From an uncultured Desulfobacter sp. (GTDB lineage Bacteria > Desulfobacterota > Desulfobacteria > Desulfobacterales > Desulfobacteraceae): a DNA stretch of 64,000 nucleotides. Numbering within the stretch: position 1 is the stretch's first letter; every line of letters starts with the position of its first letter. Location of the stretch: NCBI GenBank assembly GCA_963665095.1, contig OY762069.1:4832001-4896000 (forward strand), given 5' to 3'. The translations under genes and the position numbers were made by a program. Below are positions 30,013-41,626 of this stretch, in pieces. The notes under the pieces are model-generated. The model had not been told where the DNA came from. It did not search any database and saw only the letters and a list, made by a program, of their open reading frames with translations.

Positions 30013-30588
30013 TCATTCGTTCGTTTTTGTTTGCATGGGGATTGAAAAGCCGGCAACTTCATAAATTGTCTGGATTTTTTGTAGATCCTGCTCCAGGCTG
30101 TCTCCAGGGTGTATTTTTCCTATCCATCTGGTTTTTTTGGCCTGGTTGTCCAGGTACCAGCAGATGATAGGCACATCTGCGCCTTTTGCGATGTACCAGA
30201 ACCCTGTTTTGATTGTTGATACGGATTTTCGCGTGCCTTCGGGAACCAGGGCGACCACTAAATCCTGCCGCAGATCAAACTCTTTTACCACCCCGTCCAC
30301 AAAACCATGGGATTTATCCCGCTTGACCGGCATGCCCCCAAGACCTTTCAATATTACGGACATGGGAAAAAAGAACCAGATGGATTTGATAAGCAGTTTC
30401 GCATTAACCCGGGCAAGCTTGATATAGGTCAGGGCCCGAACCGTGTCCATGTTTGTTGTGTGGGGAAAGCCAATGACGACACAGCGGGACTCCCAGTAGG
30501 AGGGCAGCGGATCATAGGTCCATCCCATGACAAGGTAAATCAGTTTGCCAAACCAGCTGAGCATATGAGGCAAAGGGTTCAGGGTCAT
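30013..30588 (-). CDS. PlsC-like acyltransferase
   Basis: PHTTNMD (HxxxxD), PEGTR, KTGF; ATG 30588 follows GGAGG. Confidence 0.82.
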   Translation of the reverse strand: MTLNPLPHMLSWFGKLIYLVMGWTYDPLPSYWESRCVVIGFPHTTNMDTVRALTYIKLARVNAKLLIKSIWFFFPMSVILKGLGGMPVKRDKSHGFVDGVVKEFDLRQDLVVALVPEGTRKSVSTIKTGFWYIAKGADVPIICWYLDNQAKKTRWIGKIHPGDSLEQDLQKIQTIYEVAGFSIPMQTKTNE

Positions 30589-30864
30589 CAAATCCTCCAT
30601 AGTTAAATATTTAAAAATAGCACTATATAATATGGATGCAAGTTTAGATACTGTTTGGGTATTTATTGTCGTAAAAATCGCCAGGTCTGCCCATTCATCA
30701 GCGTGCGATATTTTCATTTACATTAAATGATTCCCATGCTATTTTTTTATAAAATTCATCCTTTAAGAAAAAATCGTCAAGCAAGTAAAAAATCCGGGGT
30801 AGCTAAGTGTATGTTTTGCCTTGAGACGGTATTCCTTTTTTTAAAAAAGATCTAGGGGGAGACT

Positions 30865-33042
30865 ATGATGAAGCTTAGGATAGGTCCGAAGGTCAATCTT
30901 CTTATCGTAATCGCCATGCTGTTGGTTGGCGGAGCCGCATTATTTTTAGCCATATCTGCTTTAAATCATGAAGGCGAGGTGGCCATTGAGGAATACAGCA
31001 CGGATATGATGGCAGTGAAAAGGTCTCATATCAAGGACCTGGTTTTCAGTGCATACACCATTGCCAAGGCCCGACTGGATGTGGCTATGGATAAGGAGGC
31101 CATTCGTAAAAATTATGGAGACAATGTCAAGGCGGTTGTGAATCAGGCCATATCCGCATTTGAAGCCAACAATATGGATGATGATGCAAGATCCCTTTCA
31201 GAACGACAGGCCGATGCGCTTAAAGTGATTGATAAAATGCGCTGGGGGCCTGACAATAAAAATTATTTCTGGATTCAGGATACAAACGGCCATATGATTC
31301 TTCACCCCTTAAAAAAGTCCCTGAACGGCCAACCCAACGGCGAAATAAAAGACCCGGACGGTGTCCGCCTGTTTGCAGAGATGGAGCGTCTGTGCAAACG
31401 GGACGGTGAGGGGTTTGTGGACTATAAATGGCCCAAGCCCGGATTTGACAAACCCCAGAACAAAATATCCTATGTGAAGCTCTACCAGCCCTGGAACTGG
31501 ATTATCGGGGCCGGGGTATACCTTGAATCCACAGAAGCCGAAGCTCAGAAAGATGCCTTGAGAAATATTGGTGCCATCCGTTACGGTCCAAAGGGGCTTG
31601 GCTATTTTTTCATATATGACTCCAAGGGTAACTGTATTCTCATGCCGGCCAGACCCGAGGCCGTGGGCACAAATGAATGGGGATTACAGGACAGTAAGGG
31701 GCTGTATATTATCCGCGAACTGGTCAAAAAAGCCAATGCCAATTCTGATGGGGATTTTCTGGAGTATTATTATAAAAAACCCGGATCCAGTGAAGATTTC
31801 AGAAAGATTTCTTTTGTAAGAAAACTTTCTGAGTGGGACTGGTATATTGCCACAGGTACCTATACGGATGACCTTGATGCGGCTGTGGCCGAGGAGAGGG
31901 AAGGAATCCAGCGCGCCGTAAAGGCTGCGATCATGAAGATATTAGCAATTGTCGCAGGTATTATGATTGTGGTCGTTATTCTTTCTTATTTTGTTGTGGC
32001 AAAAGGTGTGGTTTCTCCATTGCGTAATATGATCAACATGCTGAAAGATATAGCATCCGGGGAAGGGGATCTGACCAAACGTATCATCGATAATTCCGGC
32101 GACGAGACCCAGGAACTGGCAGATGTATTTAACCTGTTTATTGAAAATATCCAGGGAATGATTTCAGACATAAAAAATGATACCGGCAACCTTGCGGGCT
32201 CATCCTCTGAGCTGGCCGGTATTTCCGATGAGTTGAACGCGGCAGCCGAAGAGACGTCGGGCCGCGCCGCCTCCGTGTCCAGTGCCTCTGAAAAGATGAG
32301 TGATAATATGGATTCCATGTCAGCCGCCATGGAACAGGCCTCCAGCAATATTAATATGGTGTCTGCAGCATCCGAAGAGATGAGTGCCACTATCTCAGAA
32401 ATTGCCCATAATGCTGAAAAGGCCCGAAATATAACAACGGAAGCCGTGAGCCAGGCCGAGCATGCCAGCTCCCAGGTGGAAGATCTCGGTTCGGCTGCCA
32501 AAGAGATTTTTACCGTGGTGGAGACCATTACCGATATTTCCTCCCAGGTAAATCTTTTGGCCTTAAATGCCACCATTGAGGCAGCAAGGGCAGGAGAGGC
32601 CGGGAAAGGGTTTGCTGTTGTTGCCAATGAAATCAAGGATCTCGCCAACCAGACCGCCAGCGCGTCAAGCCAGATTAAGGAACGTGTTGCAGGCATCCAG
32701 CATTCCACTGAAGGGACCACGGCAGAGATCCTGTCCATCACCAAAGTGGTGGGGGATATCAACGATATCGTCTCCACCATTGCAGCGGCGGTGGAAGAAC
32801 AGTCCGCCACCACAGGGGAAATTGCCCAGAATATTTCCCAGGCTTCTTTAGGGATTTCAGAGGTGAACGAAAATATAAATGAAGGGTCTGTTATGGCAAA
32901 AGGGGTCTCCAGTGATGTAGGGGAGGTGACAACCGCCTCTTCAAAGATAGTGGATTCCTCAAGGCATGTGAAAGAAAAGGCTGCCGGCCTGTCGGCAATG
33001 GCAGAACACCTGTCTACAATGATGTCTAAATTTAAGGTATAA
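30865..33042 (+). CDS. Methyl-accepting chemotaxis protein with two Cache domains
   Basis: Two TM helices, repeated YFW/YFF...KISYV/KISFV...W Cache units, [29 protein letters not shown]. Confidence 0.95.
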   Translation: MMKLRIGPKVNLLIVIAMLLVGGAALFLAISALNHEGEVAIEEYSTDMMAVKRSHIKDLVFSAYTIAKARLDVAMDKEAIRKNYGDNVKAVVNQAISAFEANNMDDDARSLSERQADALKVIDKMRWGPDNKNYFWIQDTNGHMILHPLKKSLNGQPNGEIKDPDGVRLFAEMERLCKRDGEGFVDYKWPKPGFDKPQNKISYVKLYQPWNWIIGAGVYLESTEAEAQKDALRNIGAIRYGPKGLGYFFIYDSKGNCILMPARPEAVGTNEWGLQDSKGLYIIRELVKKANANSDGDFLEYYYKKPGSSEDFRKISFVRKLSEWDWYIATGTYTDDLDAAVAEEREGIQRAVKAAIMKILAIVAGIMIVVVILSYFVVAKGVVSPLRNMINMLKDIASGEGDLTKRIIDNSGDETQELADVFNLFIENIQGMISDIKNDTGNLAGSSSELAGISDELNAAAEETSGRAASVSSASEKMSDNMDSMSAAMEQASSNINMVSAASEEMSATISEIAHNAEKARNITTEAVSQAEHASSQVEDLGSAAKEIFTVVETITDISSQVNLLALNATIEAARAGEAGKGFAVVANEIKDLANQTASASSQIKERVAGIQHSTEGTTAEILSITKVVGDINDIVSTIAAAVEEQSATTGEIAQNISQASLGISEVNENINEGSVMAKGVSSDVGEVTTASSKIVDSSRHVKEKAAGLSAMAEHLSTMMSKFKV

Positions 33043-33054
33043 TCTTATCGATAT

Positions 33055-33088
33055 ATGCCGGCAGTCGAAGTCCCTCTGCTGCCGGCAT
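33055..33088. terminator. Terminator-like hairpin after the MCP gene
   Basis: ATGCCGGCAG / CTGCCGGCAT. Confidence 0.6.
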
Positions 33089-33479
33089 TATAATTTTAGC
33101 TTCATCTCCTTTGGTTCGATGTCTCTTTCGTTTATAGTAAATAAATGGAATGAGACATTTTTATATCAAATTCGACGCTCTCTTTAAACTGTTCTAATGC
33201 CCCAATTTTCCTTTTTAAAAATGGCGTTTTTTCTTTTTTTGAGATGGAAGAGAACGTCCTTTTCTTTTTAAAAAGAAATTGTGAGACACTATTGTCTTAA
33301 GGACTGGCATCTGCAAGAGCTTGAAATGGAAGGTTGTATTAAATAGTCTTTTAATTCAAATGGTTATATTTGTGGCATGAAGTTTGAATAGAATACATAG
33401 AAATTGTTAGACAGCATGCAATTCAGCAACAATTTAAGTTTTGAATGGTCGGATTATTATTGTTAACAAGGAGGGCAGC

Positions 33480-33920
33480 ATGAAAAAAGTACTCGTTGCA
33501 TACACAAGCAGGGCAGGCACCACGGAAAAAATGGCACAATATCTGGCTGAAGGGGTTCGAATGGCAGGCGGAGAGGCTGTTCTTGAAAAAATATCCAGAC
33601 TGAAAAATGAAAAAGAGATTGCAGGATATGATGGTTACCTGTTCGGGTGCCCCACCTACCACAAGGATATGACCCAGGGAATGAAACAATTTCTTTTCCT
33701 TGCACAGCAAGCCGAACTTTCCACAAAGGCCGGGGGGGCATTCGGATCTCACACGCACAGTGGTGAATCCGCCCCAATGATTTACGATACCATGGAGCAT
33801 GTCTTTAAAATGAATGTTTCTGAGCTTGGACCTTTGAATCTTACTGAAGCAATGATGGGAACCGATGAGGGGACAAAAGCCTGTCAGCAGTATGGAAAGA
33901 ATCTGACGGAGAAATTATAG
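33480..33920 (+). CDS. Short flavodoxin-family protein
   Basis: YTSRAGTTEKMA, GCPTY, AFGS; AGGAGG RBS. Confidence 0.88.
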   Translation: MKKVLVAYTSRAGTTEKMAQYLAEGVRMAGGEAVLEKISRLKNEKEIAGYDGYLFGCPTYHKDMTQGMKQFLFLAQQAELSTKAGGAFGSHTHSGESAPMIYDTMEHVFKMNVSELGPLNLTEAMMGTDEGTKACQQYGKNLTEKL

Positions 33921-34196
33921 GTTCTATTAAGCGATCCTTTTGAGCGCCAATAAAGGCTGATTTGAATTTTCAGGCAGTTGCAGGAGGATGCCCGAAATTG
34001 AAATCGGCCTTAACTTGTTTCTTGCGGTGTGAATAGAGTCATCCATTCCGGAACGCTCTAATTTTGTCCGGCAGATTTTGAAAATTGACATCAGAGCCGG
34101 TTTTGACTACAACTCTATTTTATTAATAAATTATATTCCTGTCAGACTATACGATTCCGGCAGAGCCATTTTGAAATACGAGAAGAGGAAATTACC

Positions 34197-35423
34197 GTGA
34201 TTACAGCCAATGAAAATTATAATAAGCTCAATGCCTCATACCTGTTTGCAGATATTGCCAAACGTGTTCAAATCTACCAGGACGCCAATCCTGACAGAGA
34301 AGTCATCCGCTTAGGGATCGGCGATGTCACTCTGCCGCTTCCTCCGGCCGTGATCCAGGGGTTTAAACAGGGTGTGGAAGAGATGGCTCAAGGGGACTCC
34401 TTTAGAGGATACGGTCCTGAGCAGGGGTATGATTTTTTAAGACAGGCCATTGCAGCCAATGATTTTCAGTCCAGGGGCGCAGATATTGAAGCAGATGAGA
34501 TTTTTGTCTCTGATGGGGCCAAATGCGATACCGGCAACTTTCAGGAGCTGTTTTCCAACGATATCACCATTGCCATCCCAGATCCTGTCTATCCTGTCTA
34601 CCTTGACACCAATGTCATGGCCGGCAGAACCGGGGCTTTTCAGGATGGCCGGTACCAGGGCATTGTATATATGGACTGCCTCAAGGAAAAAGGATTTATG
34701 CCCGAGCTGCCCAAAAAAACAGTGGATCTGATTTATCTTTGTTTTCCCAATAATCCAACAGGGGCCACCGCCACAAAGCAGCAGCTGACCGTCTGGGTGG
34801 ACTATGCCCGGGAACACAAGGCCCTGATTCTGTTTGATGCTGCCTATGAGGCATTTATTCAGGATGAGTCCCTTCCTAAAAGCATCTATGAAATTCCAGG
34901 GGCCAAAGAAGTGGCTGTAGAGTTTAGAAGTTTTTCCAAAACCGCCGGATTTACAGGCACCCGCTGTGGCTTCACCGTGGTTCCCAAAGCGTGCATGGTA
35001 TACGGGACAGACGGATCAAAAATTTCCTTGCATGCCATGTGGAACCGCCGGCAATCTACCAAATTCAACGGAGTTTCCTATCCGGTGCAAAAGGCGGCGC
35101 AAGCGGTGTACAGTTCTGAAGGTCAGGCCCAGATCAAATCAAATATCGATTACTACCTGGCCAATGCCAAACTGGTCCGTCAGACTATGACTCAATTGGG
35201 CTTTGACCATGTGGGCGGAGAGAATTCTCCCTATATCTGGATTAACGGCCAGGGCCGTGATTCCTGGGCGTTTTTTGACCTGCTGCTGAACAAGGCCGGT
35301 GTGGTCTGTACCCCCGGGCAGGGGTTTGGCCGTTGCGGGGCAGAGTATATCCGAATCTCTGCATTCAACAGCCCTGAAAATGTAGCCAAAGCCATGGAGC
35401 GGTTAAAAACCGTTTTAAAATGA
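34197..35423 (+). CDS. dapL: LL-diaminopimelate aminotransferase
   Basis: [47 protein letters not shown]. Confidence 0.95.
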   Translation: MITANENYNKLNASYLFADIAKRVQIYQDANPDREVIRLGIGDVTLPLPPAVIQGFKQGVEEMAQGDSFRGYGPEQGYDFLRQAIAANDFQSRGADIEADEIFVSDGAKCDTGNFQELFSNDITIAIPDPVYPVYLDTNVMAGRTGAFQDGRYQGIVYMDCLKEKGFMPELPKKTVDLIYLCFPNNPTGATATKQQLTVWVDYAREHKALILFDAAYEAFIQDESLPKSIYEIPGAKEVAVEFRSFSKTAGFTGTRCGFTVVPKACMVYGTDGSKISLHAMWNRRQSTKFNGVSYPVQKAAQAVYSSEGQAQIKSNIDYYLANAKLVRQTMTQLGFDHVGGENSPYIWINGQGRDSWAFFDLLLNKAGVVCTPGQGFGRCGAEYIRISAFNSPENVAKAMERLKTVLK

Positions 35424-36646
35424 CAAATTTTTTTCAGGTAAAATCACTGGACGAAGTTCTGGGTATGGCCCGTTTTTTTCCCCCAGTGGGCAGTGAGGAT
35501 ATCCAGATACAGGATGCGTTCTCAAGGGTTCTGGCGCAGGAGCTTGTCAGTGCAGAAGACCTGCCCGGATTCAGGCGCTCCTGTATGGATGGATATGCTG
35601 TAATGGCATCGTCCACCTTTGGGGCCTCTGAATCAAATCCGGCCTGGCTGAATATTCGGGGCAGTATTGCCATGGGAGAAATTCCTGATTTTGAACTGGG
35701 TCCCCAGCAGGCCGCCCGGATTTCCACCGGCGGGATGCTGCCAGCGGGCGCTGATGCCGTGGTCATGGTGGAGCACACCGAGGCAGTGGATGATCTGTCC
35801 GTTGAAATTTATAAATCCGTGGCACCTTTGACCCATGTGATTGATGCGTGCGAGGATTTCGGCGCAGGACAGACGGTCATTAACAAAGGCCGGCTGATGC
35901 GGCCCCAGGAGATAGGTCTGGCTGCCGGTTTAGGGATTACCTCCATATCAGCATACAAGATCCCAAGGGTGGGAATCGTTTCTACCGGAGATGAGGTGAT
36001 TCCTGTGGATAAAACACCGGCACCGGGAAGAATACGGGATATTAACTCATACTCCTTGTCCGCACTGGTGTCTCAGGCCGGAGGGGTGCCTGTTAGATAT
36101 GGCATTGTCAAAGATGATCCGGACGTCTTGAATTCCTTCTGCAGGAAAGCGCTATCCCAGACCGACATGGTGCTGATCTCCGGTGGTTCTTCCGTGGGTA
36201 CCAGGGATTATACCGTAGATGTGCTCTCAGGCCTGCCTGATACACAAATTCTGGTTCATGGTATCTCGCTGAGCCCTGGTAAGCCAACAATCCTTGCCCG
36301 ATCAGGCGGTATTCCTGTGTGGGGATTGCCGGGCCAGGTGGTCTCTGCCATGGTGGTCTTTCAAGTTGTGGTGGCACCGTTTCTTCACCAGATCAGGGGG
36401 CTGGCAAAGCCGGTATCTTATATCAGAGCAAAAGCCCGGTTATCCCGCAATATTGCATCGGCCCAGGGCCGCAGGGATTTTGTCCGGGTGGCACTGGATA
36501 AAGATGGTCAGGAACTTGTGGCACGGCCGCTTCTTGGTAAATCCGGGCTTATCCGGACCATGGTGCAGGCTGACGGGCTTCTGGAAATCGGGGAACATGT
36601 TGAAGGCCTGGAAAAAGATAATATTGTGGATATCATTCTTCTATAA
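35420..36646 (+). CDS. moeA: Molybdopterin molybdotransferase MoeA
   Basis: [35 protein letters not shown]. Confidence 0.93.
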   Translation: MTNFFQVKSLDEVLGMARFFPPVGSEDIQIQDAFSRVLAQELVSAEDLPGFRRSCMDGYAVMASSTFGASESNPAWLNIRGSIAMGEIPDFELGPQQAARISTGGMLPAGADAVVMVEHTEAVDDLSVEIYKSVAPLTHVIDACEDFGAGQTVINKGRLMRPQEIGLAAGLGITSISAYKIPRVGIVSTGDEVIPVDKTPAPGRIRDINSYSLSALVSQAGGVPVRYGIVKDDPDVLNSFCRKALSQTDMVLISGGSSVGTRDYTVDVLSGLPDTQILVHGISLSPGKPTILARSGGIPVWGLPGQVVSAMVVFQVVVAPFLHQIRGLAKPVSYIRAKARLSRNIASAQGRRDFVRVALDKDGQELVARPLLGKSGLIRTMVQADGLLEIGEHVEGLEKDNIVDIILL

Positions 36647-36738
36647 TAGTTGCGAGTTATCCTTAAGCCTCTTTTTTAGAAGATAACACCCAGGAAGTTT
36701 AGAAATACAGACGCTTTCATAAGAGCAGGGAATTTCCC

Positions 36739-38673
36739 ATGGAAACGAAACGAAATGTTTATTTGAATATGGTAGGTATTCCGGAGGCGCTGGATTGCCT
36801 GTTTGATAATTTTGGTCACCTGGAAACCGGCGTTGAAACCCTGGATGTCGTGGATGCCCGGGGCCGGGTTTTAGCTGAACCGGCTGTGGCTGCTATATCT
36901 TCTCCAAACTTCCATGCGGCTGCCATGGACGGGGTGGCTGTGGACGCCCAATCCACCTTCGGGGCCAGCGATGATGCCCCTAAATCCCTGTACATCGGGA
37001 AGACGGCGTTCTGGGTGAACACCGGTCATGTGCTCCCTTCTGACACCAATGCTGTGATCATGATCGAGAATCTCAACATTCTGGATGAAAATACCATAGA
37101 AATTGAAGCACCGGCCTTTCCCTGGCAGCATGTTCGTAAAATGGGGGAGGATATTGTCGCCACCCAGCTGCTGTTTCCCAGAGACCATCAGATCAATGCC
37201 TATGCCATGGGCGCACTCTTGTCTGGCGGTGTGTTTCAGGTGGTGGTTAGAAAAAGGCCCCGGGTGTTGATCATTCCAACCGGCTCAGAGCTAAAAAACT
37301 GGCAGGAGGTGGCGCCTGAAACCTTAGGCCCGGGTGAAGTGGTCGAGTCCAATTCAACCGTGCTTGCCGCTTTGTGTCGGGATTTGGGTGCTGAGCCAGT
37401 GGTAAATGCCAGGGTCAGGGATGATATGGACGCCATCAGGGAGACGGTATCCCATGGAGTAGACCAGGAATATGACATGATTATGATCATTGGCGGGTCT
37501 TCTGCCGGGTCAAAAGATTATTCAAAGCCGGTTATTGAATGCTTGGGCCGGATTTATGTCCATGGCGTAACCATGATGCCGGGCAAGCCCCTGATGTTTG
37601 GTCAGGTCGGGAGTATTCCGATATTTGGAATCCCGGGCTATCCAGTCTCTGCCATTGTGGCTTTTGAAATGTTTGCAGGGCCGTTACTTTCAGGAATGCA
37701 GCATCTGCCGCAGGTTAAACGTACAGCCGTGCGGGTGTCTCCGGTACGCAAAATGGCCTCCAAGCTTGGTCAGGAAGAATTTATCCGGGTGAAAATCGGT
37801 TCTGTCAATGACCGGCTGATGTCGTCCCAGCTGCCCAGGGGGGCTGGTGCTATTACCACCCTGACCGAAGCAGACGGGATTATTCGTATTCCTGCACATG
37901 TGGAGGGCCTTCCGCCGGAAGAGATGGTTGACGCCCTGCTGCTGAGACCCCTTGAATCCATCGAGAATACCGTTGTTATTACCGGCTCCCATGACAATAC
38001 CCTGGATCTTCTGGCAGATCAGATTCGTCTGGTACACCCGGGCATTGGCATTTCATCAAGCCATGTGGGGAGTATGGGGGGGCTGATGGCCATTAAAAAA
38101 GGGGGGTGCCACATGGCCGGATGTCATCTGCTGGATCCGGATGACGGCTCTTATAATATCTCTTATATCAAAAAATACCTGCCTGATGTGCCGGTGCGCC
38201 TGGTGAACCTTGTCATGCGTGAACAGGGGTTGATTCTACCCAAAGGTAATCCTGACAAAGTGAAGAGTTTAGGCGATATCGCCGATAAAAAGCTTGCTTT
38301 TATCAATCGTCAGCCAGGTTCTGGAACCCGGATCCTTTTGGATTTCAGCTTAAAGGAAAAAAGGATCTCATCAGATCAGATTATAGGATATGAGAATGAA
38401 GAATATACGCATATGTCCGTGGCTGTAGCGGTACTGTCCGGCCGGGCTCGGTCCGGGCTTGGTATCAAAGCAGCTGCCCGGGCTCTGAACTTGGATTTTC
38501 TGTCCGTGGTCACCGAATCCTATGATCTGGTCATACCGGAAGCATATGCAGATTTGCCAAAAGTTCAGGCTCTGCTTGAGACGATCAGAAGTTCAGAATT
38601 TAAAGAACGGGTGACGGCTCTGGGGGGGTATGGGGTGGAAAGAACCGGAGATGAATTGTTCCGGTCTTTTTAA
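36739..38673 (+). CDS. moeA: MoeA paralog fused to a C-terminal PBP/LysR-substrate-binding-like domain
   Basis: AMDG, PTGSE, PGKP, PGYP; C-terminal GSHD, GSMGGL, INRQPGSGTR. Confidence 0.9.
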   Translation: METKRNVYLNMVGIPEALDCLFDNFGHLETGVETLDVVDARGRVLAEPAVAAISSPNFHAAAMDGVAVDAQSTFGASDDAPKSLYIGKTAFWVNTGHVLPSDTNAVIMIENLNILDENTIEIEAPAFPWQHVRKMGEDIVATQLLFPRDHQINAYAMGALLSGGVFQVVVRKRPRVLIIPTGSELKNWQEVAPETLGPGEVVESNSTVLAALCRDLGAEPVVNARVRDDMDAIRETVSHGVDQEYDMIMIIGGSSAGSKDYSKPVIECLGRIYVHGVTMMPGKPLMFGQVGSIPIFGIPGYPVSAIVAFEMFAGPLLSGMQHLPQVKRTAVRVSPVRKMASKLGQEEFIRVKIGSVNDRLMSSQLPRGAGAITTLTEADGIIRIPAHVEGLPPEEMVDALLLRPLESIENTVVITGSHDNTLDLLADQIRLVHPGIGISSSHVGSMGGLMAIKKGGCHMAGCHLLDPDDGSYNISYIKKYLPDVPVRLVNLVMREQGLILPKGNPDKVKSLGDIADKKLAFINRQPGSGTRILLDFSLKEKRISSDQIIGYENEEYTHMSVAVAVLSGRARSGLGIKAAARALNLDFLSVVTESYDLVIPEAYADLPKVQALLETIRSSEFKERVTALGGYGVERTGDELFRSF

Positions 38674-38854
38674 GCACCGTTTTATTCAGAATTTTGATTC
38701 GTATTTGTGGTGTGTTTTATCAGGCCGGTAAAAAGTGATAAAAATCAATATACTAGCGCTCTTCTAATGACTTCATAATATCCTGATAACCATTTCCTGC
38801 TATTTGTATTCTGTATTTTTCCAAAAATATCTATCATGGAGGCAAATACAGGAA

Positions 38855-39283
38855 ATGTCACACCTTTCGCAAATTTCTTCGGAACGGTATATCCCGGCAG
38901 AAAATGAACCCTATATGAGCAAAGCGCAGATCTCCTATTTCAAGGAAAAACTGATGGAGCGAAAAGATCAGATTCGCACCAGAATTTCAGAGTCAATTAA
39001 AAAAATTAAAACGCTGGAGGCTGCCCAGGCAGATATCCTTGACCGGAGTAACTCGTACATTAACCTGGAGCTTGAAGTGAAGTCTTTTGAGCGCCACTCC
39101 TCCCTGATGGATCAGGTGGATCGGGCGCTGCAGCGTATTGCTGACGGCAGTTTCGGGTACTGTGAGTTGACAGGCAGCGAAATCGGACTTCGGCGGCTTG
39201 AGGCCATTCCCTTTGCGGCCATGTCCATCAAGGCCTTAGAGGAGCTTGAAACCGGTCGGAAATCCGATATTTTGTTTTCTTAA
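38855..39283 (+). CDS. dksA: DksA/TraR-family RNA polymerase-binding factor
   Basis: EPYMS...YF, DILDRS coiled-coil tip, ALQRIADGSFGYCELTG.EIGLRRLEA.P. Confidence 0.85.
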   Translation: MSHLSQISSERYIPAENEPYMSKAQISYFKEKLMERKDQIRTRISESIKKIKTLEAAQADILDRSNSYINLELEVKSFERHSSLMDQVDRALQRIADGSFGYCELTGSEIGLRRLEAIPFAAMSIKALEELETGRKSDILFS

Positions 39284-39351
39284 ACCTATCCAGTTCCCTG
39301 TTCTGTGTGCGCGTGATTTGATTTCGATTTTAATCTGAGTTTGCACGGCAT

Positions 39352-39400
39352 AAAAAACCCGTCCCCCTCAAAATATACATTGGAGGGGGACGGGTTTTTA
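39352..39400. terminator. Bidirectional terminator
   Basis: AAAAACCCGTCCCCCTC / GAGGGGGACGGGTTTTT between convergent genes. Confidence 0.85.
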
Positions 39401-39430
39401 ATCTATTTATTAACCTTTAGCGGCTAAAAA

Positions 39431-40585
39431 TCAGTAGGGATGGATTTCGACCCTTCTATTCAGAGACCGGCCAAAATCAGTGCCGTTCAGGGCAACCGGT
39501 TTGGTGAAACCAAATCCTGTGGTGGCCATCCGGTTGCGGGCAATGCCCTTGTCAACCAGGTAAAGGGCAACCGCATTGGATCTTCTCATGGACAGATCCA
39601 TGTTGTACTCCTCTGTACCAACGTTATCCGTGTGGCCCTGAAGCTCTACACTCATTGTTGGATTTTTTTCCAGAATGGCGGCAATCGCGTCTAACTGGGG
39701 ATACGCTTCTGATTTGATTACGTCTTTGTCGAAATCGAACAGAACATTGTCAAGAGCCCAGCAGCCAACGGCATTTACCTGTGCGCCTGCAGGCGTTCCA
39801 GGGCACTGGTCTTCATCATCCAGAACGCCGTCCCCATCACTGTCTTTGGGTGTCGGAGCCGCAGGTGCTGCAACAACGGGTTTTGGAGCAACTTTATTCA
39901 GGAAAACGTTTTTAACAAAAGTAGCCATTCCATCACTTCCCAGTATGTCATTGGCATTTACGAGGGAGCTGCAGTCACCAATGCTGGCAATTTTGGACAG
40001 ATAATCAGTACCTTCCGCTGAAGTACCCACCTGGATGGGATAAAAGCATATGGCATCGCCGTATTGCGCTTTAAGGGCTTCTGTATTTGCTGTCTTATTC
40101 TCCATGTTCAGACCGTCGGAAATTATCACTACAGCAGTTTTGCCTGAAAGAGCTTCAAGGTCTGCGCCCATGGCAACCATTGCGTCTTCTACATGGCCGG
40201 CTCCGCCCACTTTGCTCACAAGGTCAAGCTTATCCGCCAAGGCAGAAGTACTGTATGTTTCCATACCGTAGAACAGCTCGGTTTTCTTTTTAGATACAGC
40301 GTCCGCATGGCCGATAGATCTCAGCCCCGCTGTTTGTCCCAGTTCCGGAATGGTCAGATTCATACGTTCGGTAACAGCTTTGGCAATCGCAAATTTGCCA
40401 TCGTGTCCCATGGAACTGGACGCATCAAAAATAATAATAAAGTTGTCTACCTTGGATTGGTATGTTGAATCAAACTGCTGGGCAGAAAATGAGGGAAAAT
40501 CTACTGCCTGTTTGCCGGCACAACCGAACAAAAACAGTACTGCAGTTATGGCCAACATACTCTGGATTAAGCGCTTCTTATTCAT
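39431..40585 (-). CDS. OmpA-family lipoprotein with VWA domain and TSP3-like repeat
   Basis: Lipobox LFGC, MIDAS DASSS...ISDG, DSDGDGVLDDEDQCP, GHTD...NMDLS.RR...NRRVE. Confidence 0.9.
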   Translation of the reverse strand: MNKKRLIQSMLAITAVLFLFGCAGKQAVDFPSFSAQQFDSTYQSKVDNFIIIFDASSSMGHDGKFAIAKAVTERMNLTIPELGQTAGLRSIGHADAVSKKKTELFYGMETYSTSALADKLDLVSKVGGAGHVEDAMVAMGADLEALSGKTAVVIISDGLNMENKTANTEALKAQYGDAICFYPIQVGTSAEGTDYLSKIASIGDCSSLVNANDILGSDGMATFVKNVFLNKVAPKPVVAAPAAPTPKDSDGDGVLDDEDQCPGTPAGAQVNAVGCWALDNVLFDFDKDVIKSEAYPQLDAIAAILEKNPTMSVELQGHTDNVGTEEYNMDLSMRRSNAVALYLVDKGIARNRMATTGFGFTKPVALNGTDFGRSLNRRVEIHPY

Positions 40586-40812
40586 TTCATCTCCTTTTGC
40601 TTAATTTATTATCAAGCAGTTGTTAAATTAGCTATTCAGCTAAAAAAATACTCGGTTATTTTACCTAATAAAAAGAATGAAATCAACGGTTGTTTTCAAG
40701 ATTTGGTTTAGTAAGTTCTAGGTTAAGATATTGCAATTTTAATGCAACAATTATATACGAATGGCCATAATTATGCTGTCTGTGTTCTTCAACATATAAC
40801 TCAGGAAATAAA

Positions 40813-41616
40813 ATGGAAATATATCAGGGAATTATTCTGGGTGTTATACAGGGCCTGACTGAATTCTTACCTGTAAGCAGTTCAGGGCATCTGGTTCTTG
40901 GCCAGATTTTTTTTAACATTACGGAAGGCGGCCTTGTGTTTGATGTCTCTGTGCATATGGGCACCCTGGCCGCCGTATTGGTCGTTTATTACAAGGACAT
41001 ACGCGGGATTGTGGAAAGCCTGATTTATTATGCCGGCACCCGGGACCGCTCCGGACACGAGGAAAATCTGGCCCTGGCTTTGGGTATTATTGCAGGCTCC
41101 GTCCCTACTGCGTTGATTGGTTTGGGCTTGAAGGCATTTGAGAATATATTGTTTACCTCATCCCTTCTGGTTGGCTTCATGCTTCTGGTAACCGGTCTTG
41201 TTTTGTGGATATCAAGACGCTATTACCGGGTGGACTGCGGCGGCCCGTTGACCCTGAAAAGGTCTGTTATTGTCGGTATTGTCCAGGGCCTGGCAGTAAT
41301 ACCTGGTATCTCCCGGTCCGGTTCCACCATTGCAGCAGGGCTTTTTACCGGTTTAAGCCGGGAGGCGGCCGCGCGGTTTTCTTTTCTTTTATCTGTCCCC
41401 GCTATCTTAGGGGCTCAGGTGATCAGTGTAAAAGATGTATTAGAATCTGGCGGACACATTGACCAGGCCGCCATTTATGGTACAATTATCTCATTCATTG
41501 TCGGGCTGGCAGCATTAAAAGTATTATTAAAATTGGTTAACACAGGAAAATTTCATCTGTTCGCCCCTTATTGCTGGCTGGCCGGAATTCTGGCGCTTTT
41601 ATCAAATCTTTTATAA
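40813..41616 (+). CDS. uppP: Undecaprenyl-diphosphate phosphatase
   Basis: QGLTEFLPVSSSGH, PGISRSGSTI. Confidence 0.95.
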   Translation: MEIYQGIILGVIQGLTEFLPVSSSGHLVLGQIFFNITEGGLVFDVSVHMGTLAAVLVVYYKDIRGIVESLIYYAGTRDRSGHEENLALALGIIAGSVPTALIGLGLKAFENILFTSSLLVGFMLLVTGLVLWISRRYYRVDCGGPLTLKRSVIVGIVQGLAVIPGISRSGSTIAAGLFTGLSREAAARFSFLLSVPAILGAQVISVKDVLESGGHIDQAAIYGTIISFIVGLAALKVLLKLVNTGKFHLFAPYCWLAGILALLSNLL

Positions 41617-41626
41617 GGAGGATCCT

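Noticed and set aside
31986..32813. 275-aa minus-strand ORF
   Set aside because: Antisense shadow of the repetitive MCP signalling domain
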